From a virus (Duplodnaviria > Heunggongvirae > Uroviricota > Caudoviricetes): DNA of 11,506 bases. A model generated the notes under the pieces. It was given only the letters and a program-made list of their open reading frames with translations, searched no databases and was not told the origin of the DNA. Positions 1 through 7,764 of the stretch are shown in pieces. Position numbers and translations under genes: made by a program. The stretch lies in the IMG/VR virus record IMGVR_UViG_2778261065_000012; one strand, 5' to 3'. Each line of letters opens with the position of its first letter. The first letter of the stretch is position 1.

Positions 1-861
1 GTCCAGCTCCTGCTGGCGGATGACGCAGGCATTATGCTCGCAGAGATAAAACACGCTGGAGGGGTCATCCGGCGTCCATTTGAGGCCAAACGGCGTCTCT
101 TTGTCGCCAAATTTAAGATACTGCTCCTCCCCGCAATGCGGGCAGGCAACATGAAAACGCATAAAATGCAGGGATTCACTGGCTGCACGCTCAATCTGGC
201 AGGTGCCTCTCACTTTGGGCGTGGAGCCACGGATGGACTTTGGCCAGACCGAGCCTTCAATACGTTTGTCGCCAAGGAACGTCGGAGAGCCTTCCTGTTC
301 AATATCCTCATCAAAGGCAGCAAGTTCATCATAACCCGCCACATCCACCGACTTTTCACGGTAGTTTTTTGCCGCTTTACCGCCCAGGCACCAGAAGCCA
401 CGACCATTGGAAAAACGCTTCATAGTGAGCGTGTTATCCCGGTGCTTTTTGCCATACCACGGAGCCAGCGCCAGCAGCGACGGAATATCGCGGATGGTCG
501 GCTCAACGTGGGTTTTCATAAAGTTCTCGGCATCACCATCCGTCGGCAACCAGATAAGGGTGTTGCGCTGCTTATGCTCTATAAAGTAGGCATAAACACC
601 CAGCAGCATTTTGGAATAACCGACACGGGCAGACTTCACCACATTCACCTCACGGATGTAGTCGCTGCCCATCGCATTCATGATGGCCCGCTGAAAGGGC
701 AGTGTTTCCCAGCGCCCTTCCTGGTATGCGGATTCTTTCGGGAGATAGTAATTAGCATCCGCCCATTCAACGGCGGTCTGTGGCTCCGGCCTGAACAGTG
801 AGCGAAGCCCGGCGCGGACAAAATGCCGCAGCCTGTTAACCTGACTGTTCGATATATTCAC
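1..861 (-). CDS. A: Terminase large subunit (lambda gpA-like), N-terminal 287 codons; gene continues beyond the window start
   Basis: Minus-strand translation from GTG at 861 reads VNISNSQVNRLRHFVRAGLRSLFRPEPQTAVEWADANYYLPKESAYQEGRWETLPFQRAIMNAMGSDYIR... and stays open to position 1, matching the lambda gpA N-terminus from memory. Start overlaps the 3' end of Nu1 by 26 nt as in lambda. The start codon is GTG here. Confidence 0.9.
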   Translation of the reverse strand, partial: MNISNSQVNRLRHFVRAGLRSLFRPEPQTAVEWADANYYLPKESAYQEGRWETLPFQRAIMNAMGSDYIREVNVVKSARVGYSKMLLGVYAYFIEHKQRNTLIWLPTDGDAENFMKTHVEPTIRDIPSLLALAPWYGKKHRDNTLTMKRFSNGRGFWCLGGKAAKNYREKSVDVAGYDELAAFDEDIEQEGSPTFLGDKRIEGSVWPKSIRGSTPKVRGTCQIERAASESLHFMRFHVACPHCGEEQYLKFGDKETPFGLKWTPDDPSSVFYLCEHNACVIRQQELD

Positions 862-1381
862 TCAGCAACCCCGGTATCAGTTCATCCAGCGCGGCTGCTT
901 TGTTCATGGCTTTGATGATATCCCGTTTCAGGAAATCAACATGTCGGTTTTCCAGTTCCGGAAAACGCCGCTGCACCGACAGGGGGAGCCCGTCGAGAAT
1001 ACTGGCAATTTCACCTGCGATCCGCGACAACACGAAAGTACAGAATGCGGTTTCCACCACTTCAGCGGAGTCTCTGGCATTCTTCAGTTCCTGTGCGTCG
1101 GCCTGCGCACGCGTAAGTCGATGGCGTTCGTACTCAATAGTTCCTGGCTGGAGATCTGCCTCGCTGGCCTGCCGCAGTTCTTCAACCTCCCGGCGCAGCT
1201 TTTCGTTCTCAATTTCAGCATCCCTTTCGGCATACCATTTTATGACGGCGGCAGAGTCATAAAGCACCTCATTACCCTTGCCACCGCCTCGCAGAACGGG
1301 CATTCCCTGTTCCTGCCAGTTCTGAATGGTACGGATACTCGCACCGAAAATGTCAGCCAGCTGCTTTTTGTTGACTTCCAT
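836..1381 (-). CDS. nohD: Terminase small subunit Nu1 (181 aa)
   Basis: ORF-track protein MEVNKKQLADIFGASIRTIQNWQEQGMPVLRGGGKGNEVLYDSAAVIKWYAERD... is recognised as lambda Nu1 / DLP12 NohD; it lies next to cos and overlaps the A start. Confidence 0.93.
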   Translation of the reverse strand: MEVNKKQLADIFGASIRTIQNWQEQGMPVLRGGGKGNEVLYDSAAVIKWYAERDAEIENEKLRREVEELRQASEADLQPGTIEYERHRLTRAQADAQELKNARDSAEVVETAFCTFVLSRIAGEIASILDGLPLSVQRRFPELENRHVDFLKRDIIKAMNKAAALDELIPGLLSEYIEQSG

Positions 1382-1558
1382 TGTTCATTCCACGGCCAAA
1401 AACAGAGAAAGGAAACGACAAAGGCCCAAAAGTTCGTTTTCAGCACCTGTCGTTTCCTTTCTTTTCAGGGGGTATTTTAAATAAAAACATTAAGTTACGA
1501 CGAAGAAGAACGGAAACGCCTTAAACCGGAAAATTTTCATAAATAGCGAAAACCCGCG
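1382..1558. other. cosB region (terminase small-subunit and IHF binding region between Nu1 start and cosN)
   Basis: Position between the Nu1 start and cosN; the sequence is the reverse complement of the lambda left-end region as recalled (cggaaacgccttaaaccggaaaattttcataaatagcgaaaacccgcgaggtcgccgccc). Individual R and I1 sites were not mapped. Confidence 0.7.
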
Positions 1559-1570
1559 AGGTCGCCGCCC
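1559..1570. other. cosN, the 12-nt cohesive-end sequence (reverse complement of GGGCGGCGACCT)
   Basis: aggtcgccgccc at 1559-1570 is the exact reverse complement of the lambda cohesive end, flanked by lambda-like right-end sequence (cgtaacctgtcggatcgccggaaaggacccg). Confidence 0.85.
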
Positions 1571-1769
1571 CGTAACCTGTCGGATCGCCGGAAAGGACCC
1601 GAAAAATGATAATAATTATCATCTACATATCACAACGTGCATCTACGCCATCAAACCACGTCAAATAATCAATTATGACGCAGGTATCGTATTAATTGAT
1701 CTGCATCAACTTAACGTAAAAACAACTTCAGACAATACAAATCAGCGACACTGAATACGGGGCAACCTC

Positions 1770-1964
1770 ATGTCAACTAAGAACAGAACCCGCAGAACAA
1801 CAACCCGCAACATCCGCTTTCCTAACCAAATGATTGAACAAATTAACATCGCTCTTGAGCAAAAAGGGTCTGGGAATTTCTCAGCCTGGGTCATTGAAGC
1901 CTGCCGTCGGAGACTAACGTCAGAAAAGAGAGCATATACATCAATCCAAAGTGATGATGAATAA
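1770..1964 (+). CDS. Small basic protein (64 aa) with a ribbon-helix-helix-like pattern; function unknown
   Basis: ORF MSTKNRTRRTTTRNIRFPNQMIEQINIALEQKGSGNFSAWVIEACRRRL...; ATG at 1770. A basic N-terminal tail, a short strand (NIRFP) and two helix-like segments separated by a G-containing turn fit the RHH (CopG/Arc) pattern. Possibly the small conserved ORF found between bor and cos in lambdoid prophages, but that is from memory only. Confidence 0.55.
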   Translation: MSTKNRTRRTTTRNIRFPNQMIEQINIALEQKGSGNFSAWVIEACRRRLTSEKRAYTSIQSDDE

Positions 1965-2323
1965 ACATCCCGGTTTCTTCCACCATCGCACCGGAAAAGC
2001 GACTATGAGGGTAACCCTGCGTCTGTCAGCACAGTAAAACCCGGTGTGCATCGTTTTTGATTATTCCCGCACACTCACGCAGAAGGAATTCCCCGTCGGG
2101 CTACGGTCATGGTTAATGCGGGAATACGGCGACGATACAGCGCAGCTAAAAGGGTAATGGACAGAAAGAGCGGTTTATTTCATTCCACAGGATTCTGAGT
2201 GCCCCCCTCCTCCAATAGGCTGAGCATCCACCTATATAGTTTTAATTTTCATCAATCCATTTAACTATCGTTTAATTGTTGTCACATAGGATTCTGCCGT
2301 TTTTAACAATGCAGGATAATAAG

Positions 2324-2617
2324 ATGAAAAAAATGTTGTTTTCTGCCGCTCTGGCAATGCTTATTACAGGATGTGCTCAACAGACGTTTACTGTTGGAAA
2401 CAAACCGACAGCAGTAACACCAAAGGAAACCATCACCCATCACTTCTTCGTTTCGGGAATTGGACAGGAGAAAACTGTTGATGCAGCCAAAATTTGTGGC
2501 GGCGCAGAAAATGTTGTTAAAACAGAAACCCAGCAAACATTCGTAAATGGATTGCTCGGTTTTATTACTTTAGGCATTTATACTCCGCTGGAAGCGCGTG
2601 TGTATTGCTCACAATAA
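2324..2617 (+). CDS. borD: Bor outer-membrane lipoprotein (97 aa)
   Basis: MKKMLFSAALAMLITGCAQQTFTVGNKPTAVTPKETITHHFFVSGIGQEKTVDAAKICGG... with lipobox LITGC. ATG at 2324 preceded by aggataataag; the ORF-track start at 2276 is an upstream TTG. Confidence 0.92.
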   Translation: MKKMLFSAALAMLITGCAQQTFTVGNKPTAVTPKETITHHFFVSGIGQEKTVDAAKICGGAENVVKTETQQTFVNGLLGFITLGIYTPLEARVYCSQ

Positions 2618-2648
2618 TTGCATGAGTTGCCCATCGATATGGGCAGCT

Positions 2649-3110
2649 CTATCTGCACTGCTCATTAATATACTTCTGGGTTCCTTCCAGTTGTTTTTGC
2701 ATAGTGATCAGCCTCTCTCTGAGGGTGAAATAATCCCGTTCAGCGGTGTCTGCCAGTCGGGGGGAGGCTGCATTATCCACGCCGGAGGCGGTGGTGGCTT
2801 CACGCACTGACTGACAGACTGCTTTGATGTGCAACCGACGACGACCAGCGGCAACATCATCACGCAGAGCATCATTTTCAGCTTTCGCATCAGCTAACTC
2901 CTTCGTGTATTTTGCATCGAGCGCAGCAACATCACGCTGACGCATCTGCATGTCAGTAATTGCCGCGTTCGCCAGCTTCAGTTCTCTGGCATTTTTGTCG
3001 CGCTGGGCTTTGTAGGTAATGGCGTTATCACGGTAATGATTAACAGCCCATGACAGGCAGACGATGATGCAGATAACCAGAGCGGAGATAATCGCGGTTA
3101 CTCTGTTCAT
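2649..3110 (-). CDS. rzpD: Rz inner-membrane spanin (i-spanin), 153 aa
   Basis: [60 protein letters not shown]... is recognised as lambda/21 Rz. The ATG overlaps the endolysin stop (caATGa). Confidence 0.9.
   Translation of the reverse strand: MNRVTAIISALVICIIVCLSWAVNHYRDNAITYKAQRDKNARELKLANAAITDMQMRQRDVAALDAKYTKELADAKAENDALRDDVAAGRRRLHIKAVCQSVREATTASGVDNAASPRLADTAERDYFTLRERLITMQKQLEGTQKYINEQCR
2708..2890 (-). CDS. rzoD: Rz1 outer-membrane lipoprotein spanin (o-spanin), 60 aa, embedded in the +1 frame of Rz
   Basis: [60 protein letters not shown]: lipobox VVGC and a proline-rich segment, wholly inside Rz in another frame. Confidence 0.85.
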   Translation of the reverse strand: MRKLKMMLCVMMLPLVVVGCTSKQSVSQCVKPPPPPAWIMQPPPDWQTPLNGIISPSERG

Positions 3111-3604
3111 TGCTGACCCCACAAACAGATTTCACGCTCAATCTCACGACGAGTCATGAGACCTTTCCATTGCTTACCGCCAGCATATGTCCAGCGACGT
3201 AGCTGATCACATGCGCCTTTGATATCGCCCTGGTTTATTTTGCGAAGAAGCGTCGATGTTCTGAAATTGCCAGCACCCACGTTGTAAACGAATGAGTAAA
3301 GAGCGCCGCGCATTGTTTCCGGTATATCGACTTTGATGTACGGGTTAATTTGTCTGGCGACCGTGGCAAGGTCTTTATTCAGGAGGGCTTTGCATTCTGC
3401 TTTGGTATACGTTTTACCGAGCATGATGTCTTTTCCTGTATGCCCGTGACATACAGTCCATACACCAACAATATCTTTGTATGGTATGTAGCTGACACCT
3501 TCCAGACCATCGTTACCACTTGGGCCAGTGATTAACACTGATGCTATAGCAATTGCTCCGCCACCAATAGCAGCAGCAACGGCTTTTCGTAATGATGGAG
3601 GCAT
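3107..3604 (-). CDS. rrrD: SAR endolysin (phage-21-type lysozyme), 165 aa
   Basis: [57 protein letters not shown]...: Gly/Ala-rich signal-anchor-release N-terminus followed by a lysozyme catalytic region, recognised as phage 21 R / DLP12 RrrD. Start overlaps the S stop (TAATG). Confidence 0.9.
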   Translation of the reverse strand: MPPSLRKAVAAAIGGGAIAIASVLITGPSGNDGLEGVSYIPYKDIVGVWTVCHGHTGKDIMLGKTYTKAECKALLNKDLATVARQINPYIKVDIPETMRGALYSFVYNVGAGNFRTSTLLRKINQGDIKGACDQLRRWTYAGGKQWKGLMTRREIEREICLWGQQ

Positions 3605-3819
3605 TATTCACCTCTCGCAGCCTTGCGCTTATCTTCTTTAATCTTGAAATAAAGGTTTGTCAGGTACGTCAGCAGGCCAAATACCAGGCTACCCAGCACA
3701 CCTATTGCTGCCCACTGTGAGGGCGTGACTTTATCGAGCAGCTGTAAAAACCAGTAACCGGCACTACCTGCTGAGGTGCCATAGGCGACACCCGTTGTTA
3801 ACTTATCCATGGATTTCAT
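3604..3819 (-). CDS. essD: Pinholin, class II holin of the S21 type (71 aa, dual-start MKSM motif)
   Basis: [74 protein letters not shown] at 3819 preceded by gcgaggtgggg; a second in-frame Met at codon 4 gives the antiholin/holin dual start. The ORF-track start at 3864 is an upstream alternative codon. Confidence 0.88.
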
Positions 3820-4313
3820 AACCCCACCTCGCAGACAAAGCGGGTGTAAATTGAGGGAATACAACGTATCGCAAAAAAGCAGAAACGTAACAGACTCGGA
3901 GTCAGTGAATAACTCAGGTATTGAGTTATCAGCTAATATCGAGACTCAAAAAATGGAAAAACCAGCTCGACGGCGGGTTTAAGCTGTGTGACGAAGTAAC
4001 CACTCTTAACAGCATAACCAATTTTTTACGTACGTAAACCACTGAATGATATTTATGAGAATGCTACCGAGTGTTCAAAACACCACCACAAATACATAAG
4101 AAAACCTCAACAAATAACCAATAAATAATTTCCGGCGTTATTTTTAGTTAATTTAAATTAAACCACCGAATTATAGAACCCCCATAAATAACAGCCATTA
4201 ATATAAATTAGCTAATAGGTTTATTTTTGTTCAAATAAGAGCCATAAATAGGTTTCGATAGAAAAAGTTCAGATAAAAATAGAGATCTACTTCACAAATT
4301 AAATGAGAAACTA

Positions 4314-4340
4314 AAACTTACATCTTGAAATAATCACATT
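4314..4340 (+). promoter_or_regulatory. Candidate OmpR-box-like element in the porin upstream region
   Basis: aacttacatcttgaaataatcacattg resembles the ompC C1 OmpR box (TTTACATTTTGAAACATCTA, recalled) about 70-95 bp upstream of the porin ATG, within a roughly 540-bp AT-rich leader. By-eye resemblance only. Confidence 0.25.
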
Positions 4341-4407
4341 GATTAGATGAATATTTATCGCGCAGTGACATCATTTTTTAATAATAGTTCAAAAAAAAGG
4401 GCTCACG

Positions 4408-5505
4408 ATGAAAAAATTAACAGTGGCAATTTCTGCTGTAGCTGCATCAGTACTGATGGCGATGTCTGCTCAGGCAGCTGAAATTTATAATAAAGACAGT
4501 AACAAGCTGGATCTGTACGGGAAAGTTAATGCCAAGCACTACTTTTCCTCTAACGATGCAGATGATGGTGATACTACTTATGTTCGTCTGGGCTTCAAAG
4601 GCGAAACCCAAATCAACGATCAGCTGACTGGTTTCGGTCAGTGGGAATATGAATTCAAAGGCAACCGCGCTGAATCTCAAGGTTCCTCCAAAGACAAAAC
4701 CCGTCTTGCATTTGCAGGCCTGAAATTCGGTGACTACGGCTCAATCGATTACGGCCGTAACTACGGTGTAGCATACGACATCGGTGCGTGGACTGACGTT
4801 CTGCCAGAATTCGGTGGCGATACCTGGACCCAAACAGATGTGTTCATGACTGGTCGCACCACTGGTGTTGCAACCTATCGTAACAACGACTTCTTTGGTC
4901 TGGTTGATGGTCTGAACTTTGCTGCTCAGTACCAAGGCAAAAACGATCGTAGCGATTTCGATAACTACACCGAAGGTAACGGTGATGGCTTCGGTTTCTC
5001 TGCTACCTATGAATACGAAGGGTTCGGTATCGGTGCAACTTATGCGAAATCTGATCGTACCGACACTCAAGTTAATGCAGGGAAAGTTCTTCCTGAAGTA
5101 TTTGCTTCCGGTAAAAATGCAGAAGTTTGGGCCGCAGGTCTGAAATATGACGCTAACAACATTTACCTGGCCACTACCTATTCTGAAACCCAGAATATGA
5201 CTGTATTTGCTGATCACTTCGTTGCTAATAAAGCTCAAAACTTCGAAGCTGTTGCACAATATCAGTTCGATTTCGGTCTGCGTCCGTCCGTTGCTTACCT
5301 GCAATCTAAAGGTAAGGATCTTGGAGTATGGGGCGATCAGGACTTAGTCAAATATGTTGATGTAGGTGCAACCTATTACTTCAACAAAAATATGTCTACT
5401 TTCGTTGATTACAAAATCAACCTGCTTGACAAAAATGACTTCACTAAAGCACTCGGTGTAAGCACTGATGACATCGTTGCTGTAGGTCTGGTTTACCAGT
5501 TCTAA
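4408..5505 (+). CDS. nmpC: Outer-membrane general porin, NmpC/Lc (OmpD-family), intact 365 aa
   Basis: [40 protein letters not shown]...VAVGLVYQF: signal peptide, porin motifs ([21 protein letters not shown]-terminal YQF) and high-GC codon usage typical of a highly expressed gene. Convergent with the lysis genes, as in DLP12/PA-2. Confidence 0.92.
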   Translation: MKKLTVAISAVAASVLMAMSAQAAEIYNKDSNKLDLYGKVNAKHYFSSNDADDGDTTYVRLGFKGETQINDQLTGFGQWEYEFKGNRAESQGSSKDKTRLAFAGLKFGDYGSIDYGRNYGVAYDIGAWTDVLPEFGGDTWTQTDVFMTGRTTGVATYRNNDFFGLVDGLNFAAQYQGKNDRSDFDNYTEGNGDGFGFSATYEYEGFGIGATYAKSDRTDTQVNAGKVLPEVFASGKNAEVWAAGLKYDANNIYLATTYSETQNMTVFADHFVANKAQNFEAVAQYQFDFGLRPSVAYLQSKGKDLGVWGDQDLVKYVDVGATYYFNKNMSTFVDYKINLLDKNDFTKALGVSTDDIVAVGLVYQF

Positions 5506-5511
5506 TCTGAT

Positions 5512-5555
5512 TACGAAAAAGATATGTTGCGGGAGGCTTTGCCTCCCCAACATAT
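5512..5555 (-). terminator. Intrinsic terminator for minus-strand transcription (tR'-like, downstream of Q)
   Basis: Stem atatgttg(c)gggaggc / gcctccccaacatat (7 + 8 bp with one bulged C, 3-nt loop) at 5522-5555; on the minus strand it is followed directly by CTTTTTCG. On the plus strand no U-run follows. Confidence 0.5.
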
Positions 5556-5559
5556 AAGT

Positions 5560-5694
5560 GGCTCCCTCAAGCCACTTCCTTTAGGAGCACAACCTTGCTT
5601 CTAACTATATAAACCTTCTGTTATATATTACCCTTTATTTTTGGGGGCGTTGCAACGCCCCATTTTTAATAATTTTTAGTAAACAATTGGCATA
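5560..5694 (-). promoter_or_regulatory. Probable late promoter / Q-utilisation (pR'-qut-like) region
   Basis: Positional inference only: AT-rich interval immediately downstream of the Q gene and upstream of the minus-strand terminator. No confident -35/-10 pair could be assigned by eye. Confidence 0.3.
5644..5668 (+). terminator. Rho-independent terminator of the nmpC (and IpeX) transcript
   Basis: Perfect palindrome ggggcgttgcaacgcccc (9-bp GC-rich stem) at 5644-5661 followed by atttttaataattttt. Confidence 0.7.
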
Positions 5695-6078
5695 TTAATT
5701 AGAGTTATTAACAACGATATCCATCTCTAACCGGATATCTAATGCCATTAACATCCCTTCAATTATGCCCTCAGCCTTCTGTAACCTTTTCCCGATATAA
5801 CCATCAGAGCAGCAATGCTTACCTGCCAGTGACATGAATGTCATACCGACTACATAATAATCTACTAATAAATCGTGCAAATCGCTGTTGTTCTTTTTCA
5901 GACGGGCCATGCACCCGCAAATGATCATCGCGTCATCGTCACAACATTGCGGGCGAGATTTTACTTTTGAAGGAATTAATCCCTTAAAACCGGCGGCAAT
6001 GGACGACCAGGTCACATCTTCATGATTATTAGCCGCCCACGCTCCCCAACGCTCAAGAACCATCTGAATATCACGCAT
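5695..6078 (-). CDS. quuD: Late-gene antiterminator Q (127 aa, small Q family)
   Basis: [62 protein letters not shown]... has a Cys cluster and the expected position between the nin region and the late/lysis region. ATG at 6078 with GGAG 10 nt upstream; the ORF-track start at 6093 is TTG. Confidence 0.8.
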   Translation of the reverse strand: MRDIQMVLERWGAWAANNHEDVTWSSIAAGFKGLIPSKVKSRPQCCDDDAMIICGCMARLKKNNSDLHDLLVDYYVVGMTFMSLAGKHCCSDGYIGKRLQKAEGIIEGMLMALDIRLEMDIVVNNSN

Positions 6079-6163
6079 CAACTTACTCCACAAAAATCAG
6101 ACCAGAACGCCAATTACAAGCAAAAATCAACAAAACAGTATTAGTTGATTGTTATCTCTGACT

Positions 6164-6301
6164 TCATACTCCTGCTCCTGTCAGGGTTTTGGCGTAATTC
6201 TTCAGTATTCGGTAATCGGTCAAAACAGAACCGGGGAAACGATATAAGCGCAGACGCCCCCAGCGGTGGCGAAGAAATTCTGCCATATTAAACTCAAACA
6301 T
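6164..6301 (-). CDS. ylcG: Small nin-region protein YlcG-like (45 aa)
   Basis: Hand-translated: [48 protein letters not shown] overlaps the rusA stop (TGATG), in the position of DLP12 ylcG. Below the ORF-track length cut-off. Confidence 0.55.
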   Translation of the reverse strand: MFEFNMAEFLRHRWGRLRLYRFPGSVLTDYRILKNYAKTLTGAGV

Positions 6302-6663
6302 CATTCATTCCCCATTTCGGTGATGGTCAGTTCCAGCCTCCCACCTTTGGTAACAGGCATCTTCACAACGCGGTAATCAACGACCTGAGCATCATCCAGC
6401 CAGAAACCTGCTTTAGTGAGTGCGTCAAAAGCGGCTTTTTGCAGATTATCCAGGTCACGGCGACGGCGATCCGGCATGTGGCACTCAATGCGGATTTTCA
6501 CAGGCATAGCCAGGCCGATATCCAGCATTGCGTTTTTAATGATTCGGGCGACGTTATCGCGGTATGCCTGCCCCTCTGCGCTGACGTGCGTGCGCCCGCG
6601 ATTATGGCGGTAATAGCGATTATTGCTCGGAGGCCAGGGTAATGTGATACTGTAGGTATTCAC
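6301..6663 (-). CDS. rusA: RusA Holliday-junction resolvase (120 aa)
   Basis: [93 protein letters not shown]... is recognised as RusA. GTG start overlapping the ybcO stop (GTGA). Confidence 0.93.
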   Translation of the reverse strand: MNTYSITLPWPPSNNRYYRHNRGRTHVSAEGQAYRDNVARIIKNAMLDIGLAMPVKIRIECHMPDRRRRDLDNLQKAAFDALTKAGFWLDDAQVVDYRVVKMPVTKGGRLELTITEMGNE

Positions 6664-6950
6664 GCCTTAATAACCCCCTCTTTCAGCCAGATAACCTGTG
6701 TTCTCGCCATACCTTCCAGCGCGCATTCTTTTGCATATGCAGCATCGACAAAATGTGTGCGGCGGTCGATTTCGTCGTGGCAGGCAGAACATGCAATGGT
6801 GGCAATCAGGTCTGGCGGTTTGATACCGGTACCGCACAATCCAGCCAGCCGGATATGTGCCAGTACAGACGTCTCAGAATTGCCATTACATACGCCAGGG
6901 ATTCTTACCTGGCATTCCCGACCACGCGCTGCTTTTCTCAAATCAGCCAT
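6660..6950 (-). CDS. ybcO: YbcO-like Cys-rich nin-region protein (putative nuclease, DUF1364-like), 96 aa
   Basis: [64 protein letters not shown].... ATG at 6950 with AGGAGG upstream; the ORF-track start at 6989 is further upstream and inside ninE. Confidence 0.8.
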   Translation of the reverse strand: MADLRKAARGRECQVRIPGVCNGNSETSVLAHIRLAGLCGTGIKPPDLIATIACSACHDEIDRRTHFVDAAYAKECALEGMARTQVIWLKEGVIKA

Positions 6951-7103
6951 GATTCCTCCTTGCTGCCAGTCGCAACCATTTTTTATCAACCAGGCTAGCG
7001 GTATATCCGAGCAGTGTTGGTATTTCGGATGGCTTCGGCTCAGGCTTACGCTTACGACGATTTGATACTCTGTAGATGTGTCCGTTCATGACACGAATAA
7101 GCG
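6933..7103 (-). CDS. ninE: NinE (56 aa)
   Basis: Hand-translated: [65 protein letters not shown]; 3' end overlaps the ybcO start by 18 nt. Confidence 0.8.
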
Positions 7104-7112
7104 GTGTAGCCA

Positions 7113-7568
7113 TTACGCCTCCTGCTTGTCACGGAGCAGCTGGAACTCGCAGCTCTGCGGAATAGTCAGGTGGCAGCCAATATTCACCGCCCAGGCTTCA
7201 ACCTTACACAGGAAGACATACATCTCTCCGGTATCAAGATCGGAGGTATGGCGTAACGACTGGATAGTGGTGATATCACCGGTTACGACATCAACCAGGT
7301 CTTTGGTTTCATAACCGAGATATGTGTGTTTGAGAGCATCTTTTACCCAAGCTGGAGTGGCGAACGTTTTACCCCTGTTGATGAGGTATTCACTGATTTC
7401 GCTGTACCACATGTGGCTGAGTGCATTCTGGGAAAGACTGCGTTTCTCACGCCACGGTTTAAGCACCATGCGAAAGCATTTGCCCTCCTCCAGATAAGGC
7501 TGGATCTGCCGACCGATAGCGGTGAAGTTACCGCGATGTAATTTGATGCCATCTTGTGGGAGATTCAC
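7113..7568 (-). CDS. ybcN: NinB/Orf-family recombination protein (YbcN-like), 151 aa
   Basis: [62 protein letters not shown]... carries the KRSLSQN motif like lambda NinB (RSLDQN). GTG start with GGAGG upstream. Confidence 0.85.
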   Translation of the reverse strand: MNLPQDGIKLHRGNFTAIGRQIQPYLEEGKCFRMVLKPWREKRSLSQNALSHMWYSEISEYLINRGKTFATPAWVKDALKHTYLGYETKDLVDVVTGDITTIQSLRHTSDLDTGEMYVFLCKVEAWAVNIGCHLTIPQSCEFQLLRDKQEA

Positions 7569-7666
7569 GCTTCACCTCCGCAGAGGTCAAACGCTGGATG
7601 CAAAAAATCGCAGGTGCATCTCTGCATCTGTGAAGGGAGAAGAGAGTTTGGATTGTATGTGCGCAT
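7565..7666 (-). CDS. ylcH: Small ORF (33 aa) translationally coupled to ybcN (YlcH-like)
   Basis: Hand-translated: [41 protein letters not shown] 6 nt upstream; its stop overlaps the ybcN GTG (GTGA). Confidence 0.45.
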   Translation of the reverse strand: MRTYNPNSLLPSQMQRCTCDFLHPAFDLCGGEA

Positions 7667-7764
7667 AAACGTCCCCGTTTAGCGCAGAAGTCACCGGAGT
7701 TGTTCAGGCTCCGATGACATGATTATGGCAAAATGATTATGTAAAATCAAAAGCCAAAAAACAA

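Larger units (their letters stand above)
5506..5668 (+). ncRNA. ipeX: Candidate IpeX-like sRNA region (3' of nmpC up to the intrinsic terminator)
   Basis: About 160 nt between the nmpC stop and the terminator at 5644-5668 contains several stable hairpins. My recollection is that the IpeX sRNA (about 167 nt) is encoded immediately 3' of nmpC in DLP12; exact ends were not verified. Confidence 0.3.

Noticed and set aside
34-801. 255-aa plus-strand ORF
   Set aside because: It lies entirely antisense to the terminase large-subunit reading frame, which is unambiguous on the minus strand. There is no RBS and the composition is that of a shadow ORF in a GC-rich coding region.
900-1480. Plus-strand ORFs of 120 and 179 aa (900-1262, 941-1480)
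   Set aside because: They are antisense to Nu1 and extend into cosB. Nu1 on the minus strand is the recognisable gene.
1607-1621. Palindrome tgataataattatca resembling a Fur box (about 16 of 19 matches to GATAATGATAATCATTATC in the surrounding sequence)
   Set aside because: It sits in the conserved lambda right-end sequence next to cosN, where cosQ and packaging signals lie, with no iron-regulated gene context. It is more likely a conserved packaging-related element. I could not verify it against the lambda sequence.
2276-2323. Upstream TTG start extending bor by 16 codons (similar upstream alternative starts at 3864, 6093, 6989, 8709 and 11473)
   Set aside because: In each case an in-frame ATG or GTG with a good Shine-Dalgarno sequence and a match to the known protein N-terminus lies downstream. 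The ORF-track starts are simply the longest-ORF extensions.
4447-5304. Minus-strand ORFs (4447-4680, 4741-5304) and plus-strand ORF 4919-5143 inside the porin gene
   Set aside because: They are antisense or out of frame within a highly codon-biased porin gene and have no start context.
6416-7065. Plus-strand ORFs 6416-6613, 6439-6642, 6753-6998 and 6757-7065
   Set aside because: They are antisense to rusA, ybcO and ninE, which are recognised, overlapped and coupled on the minus strand.
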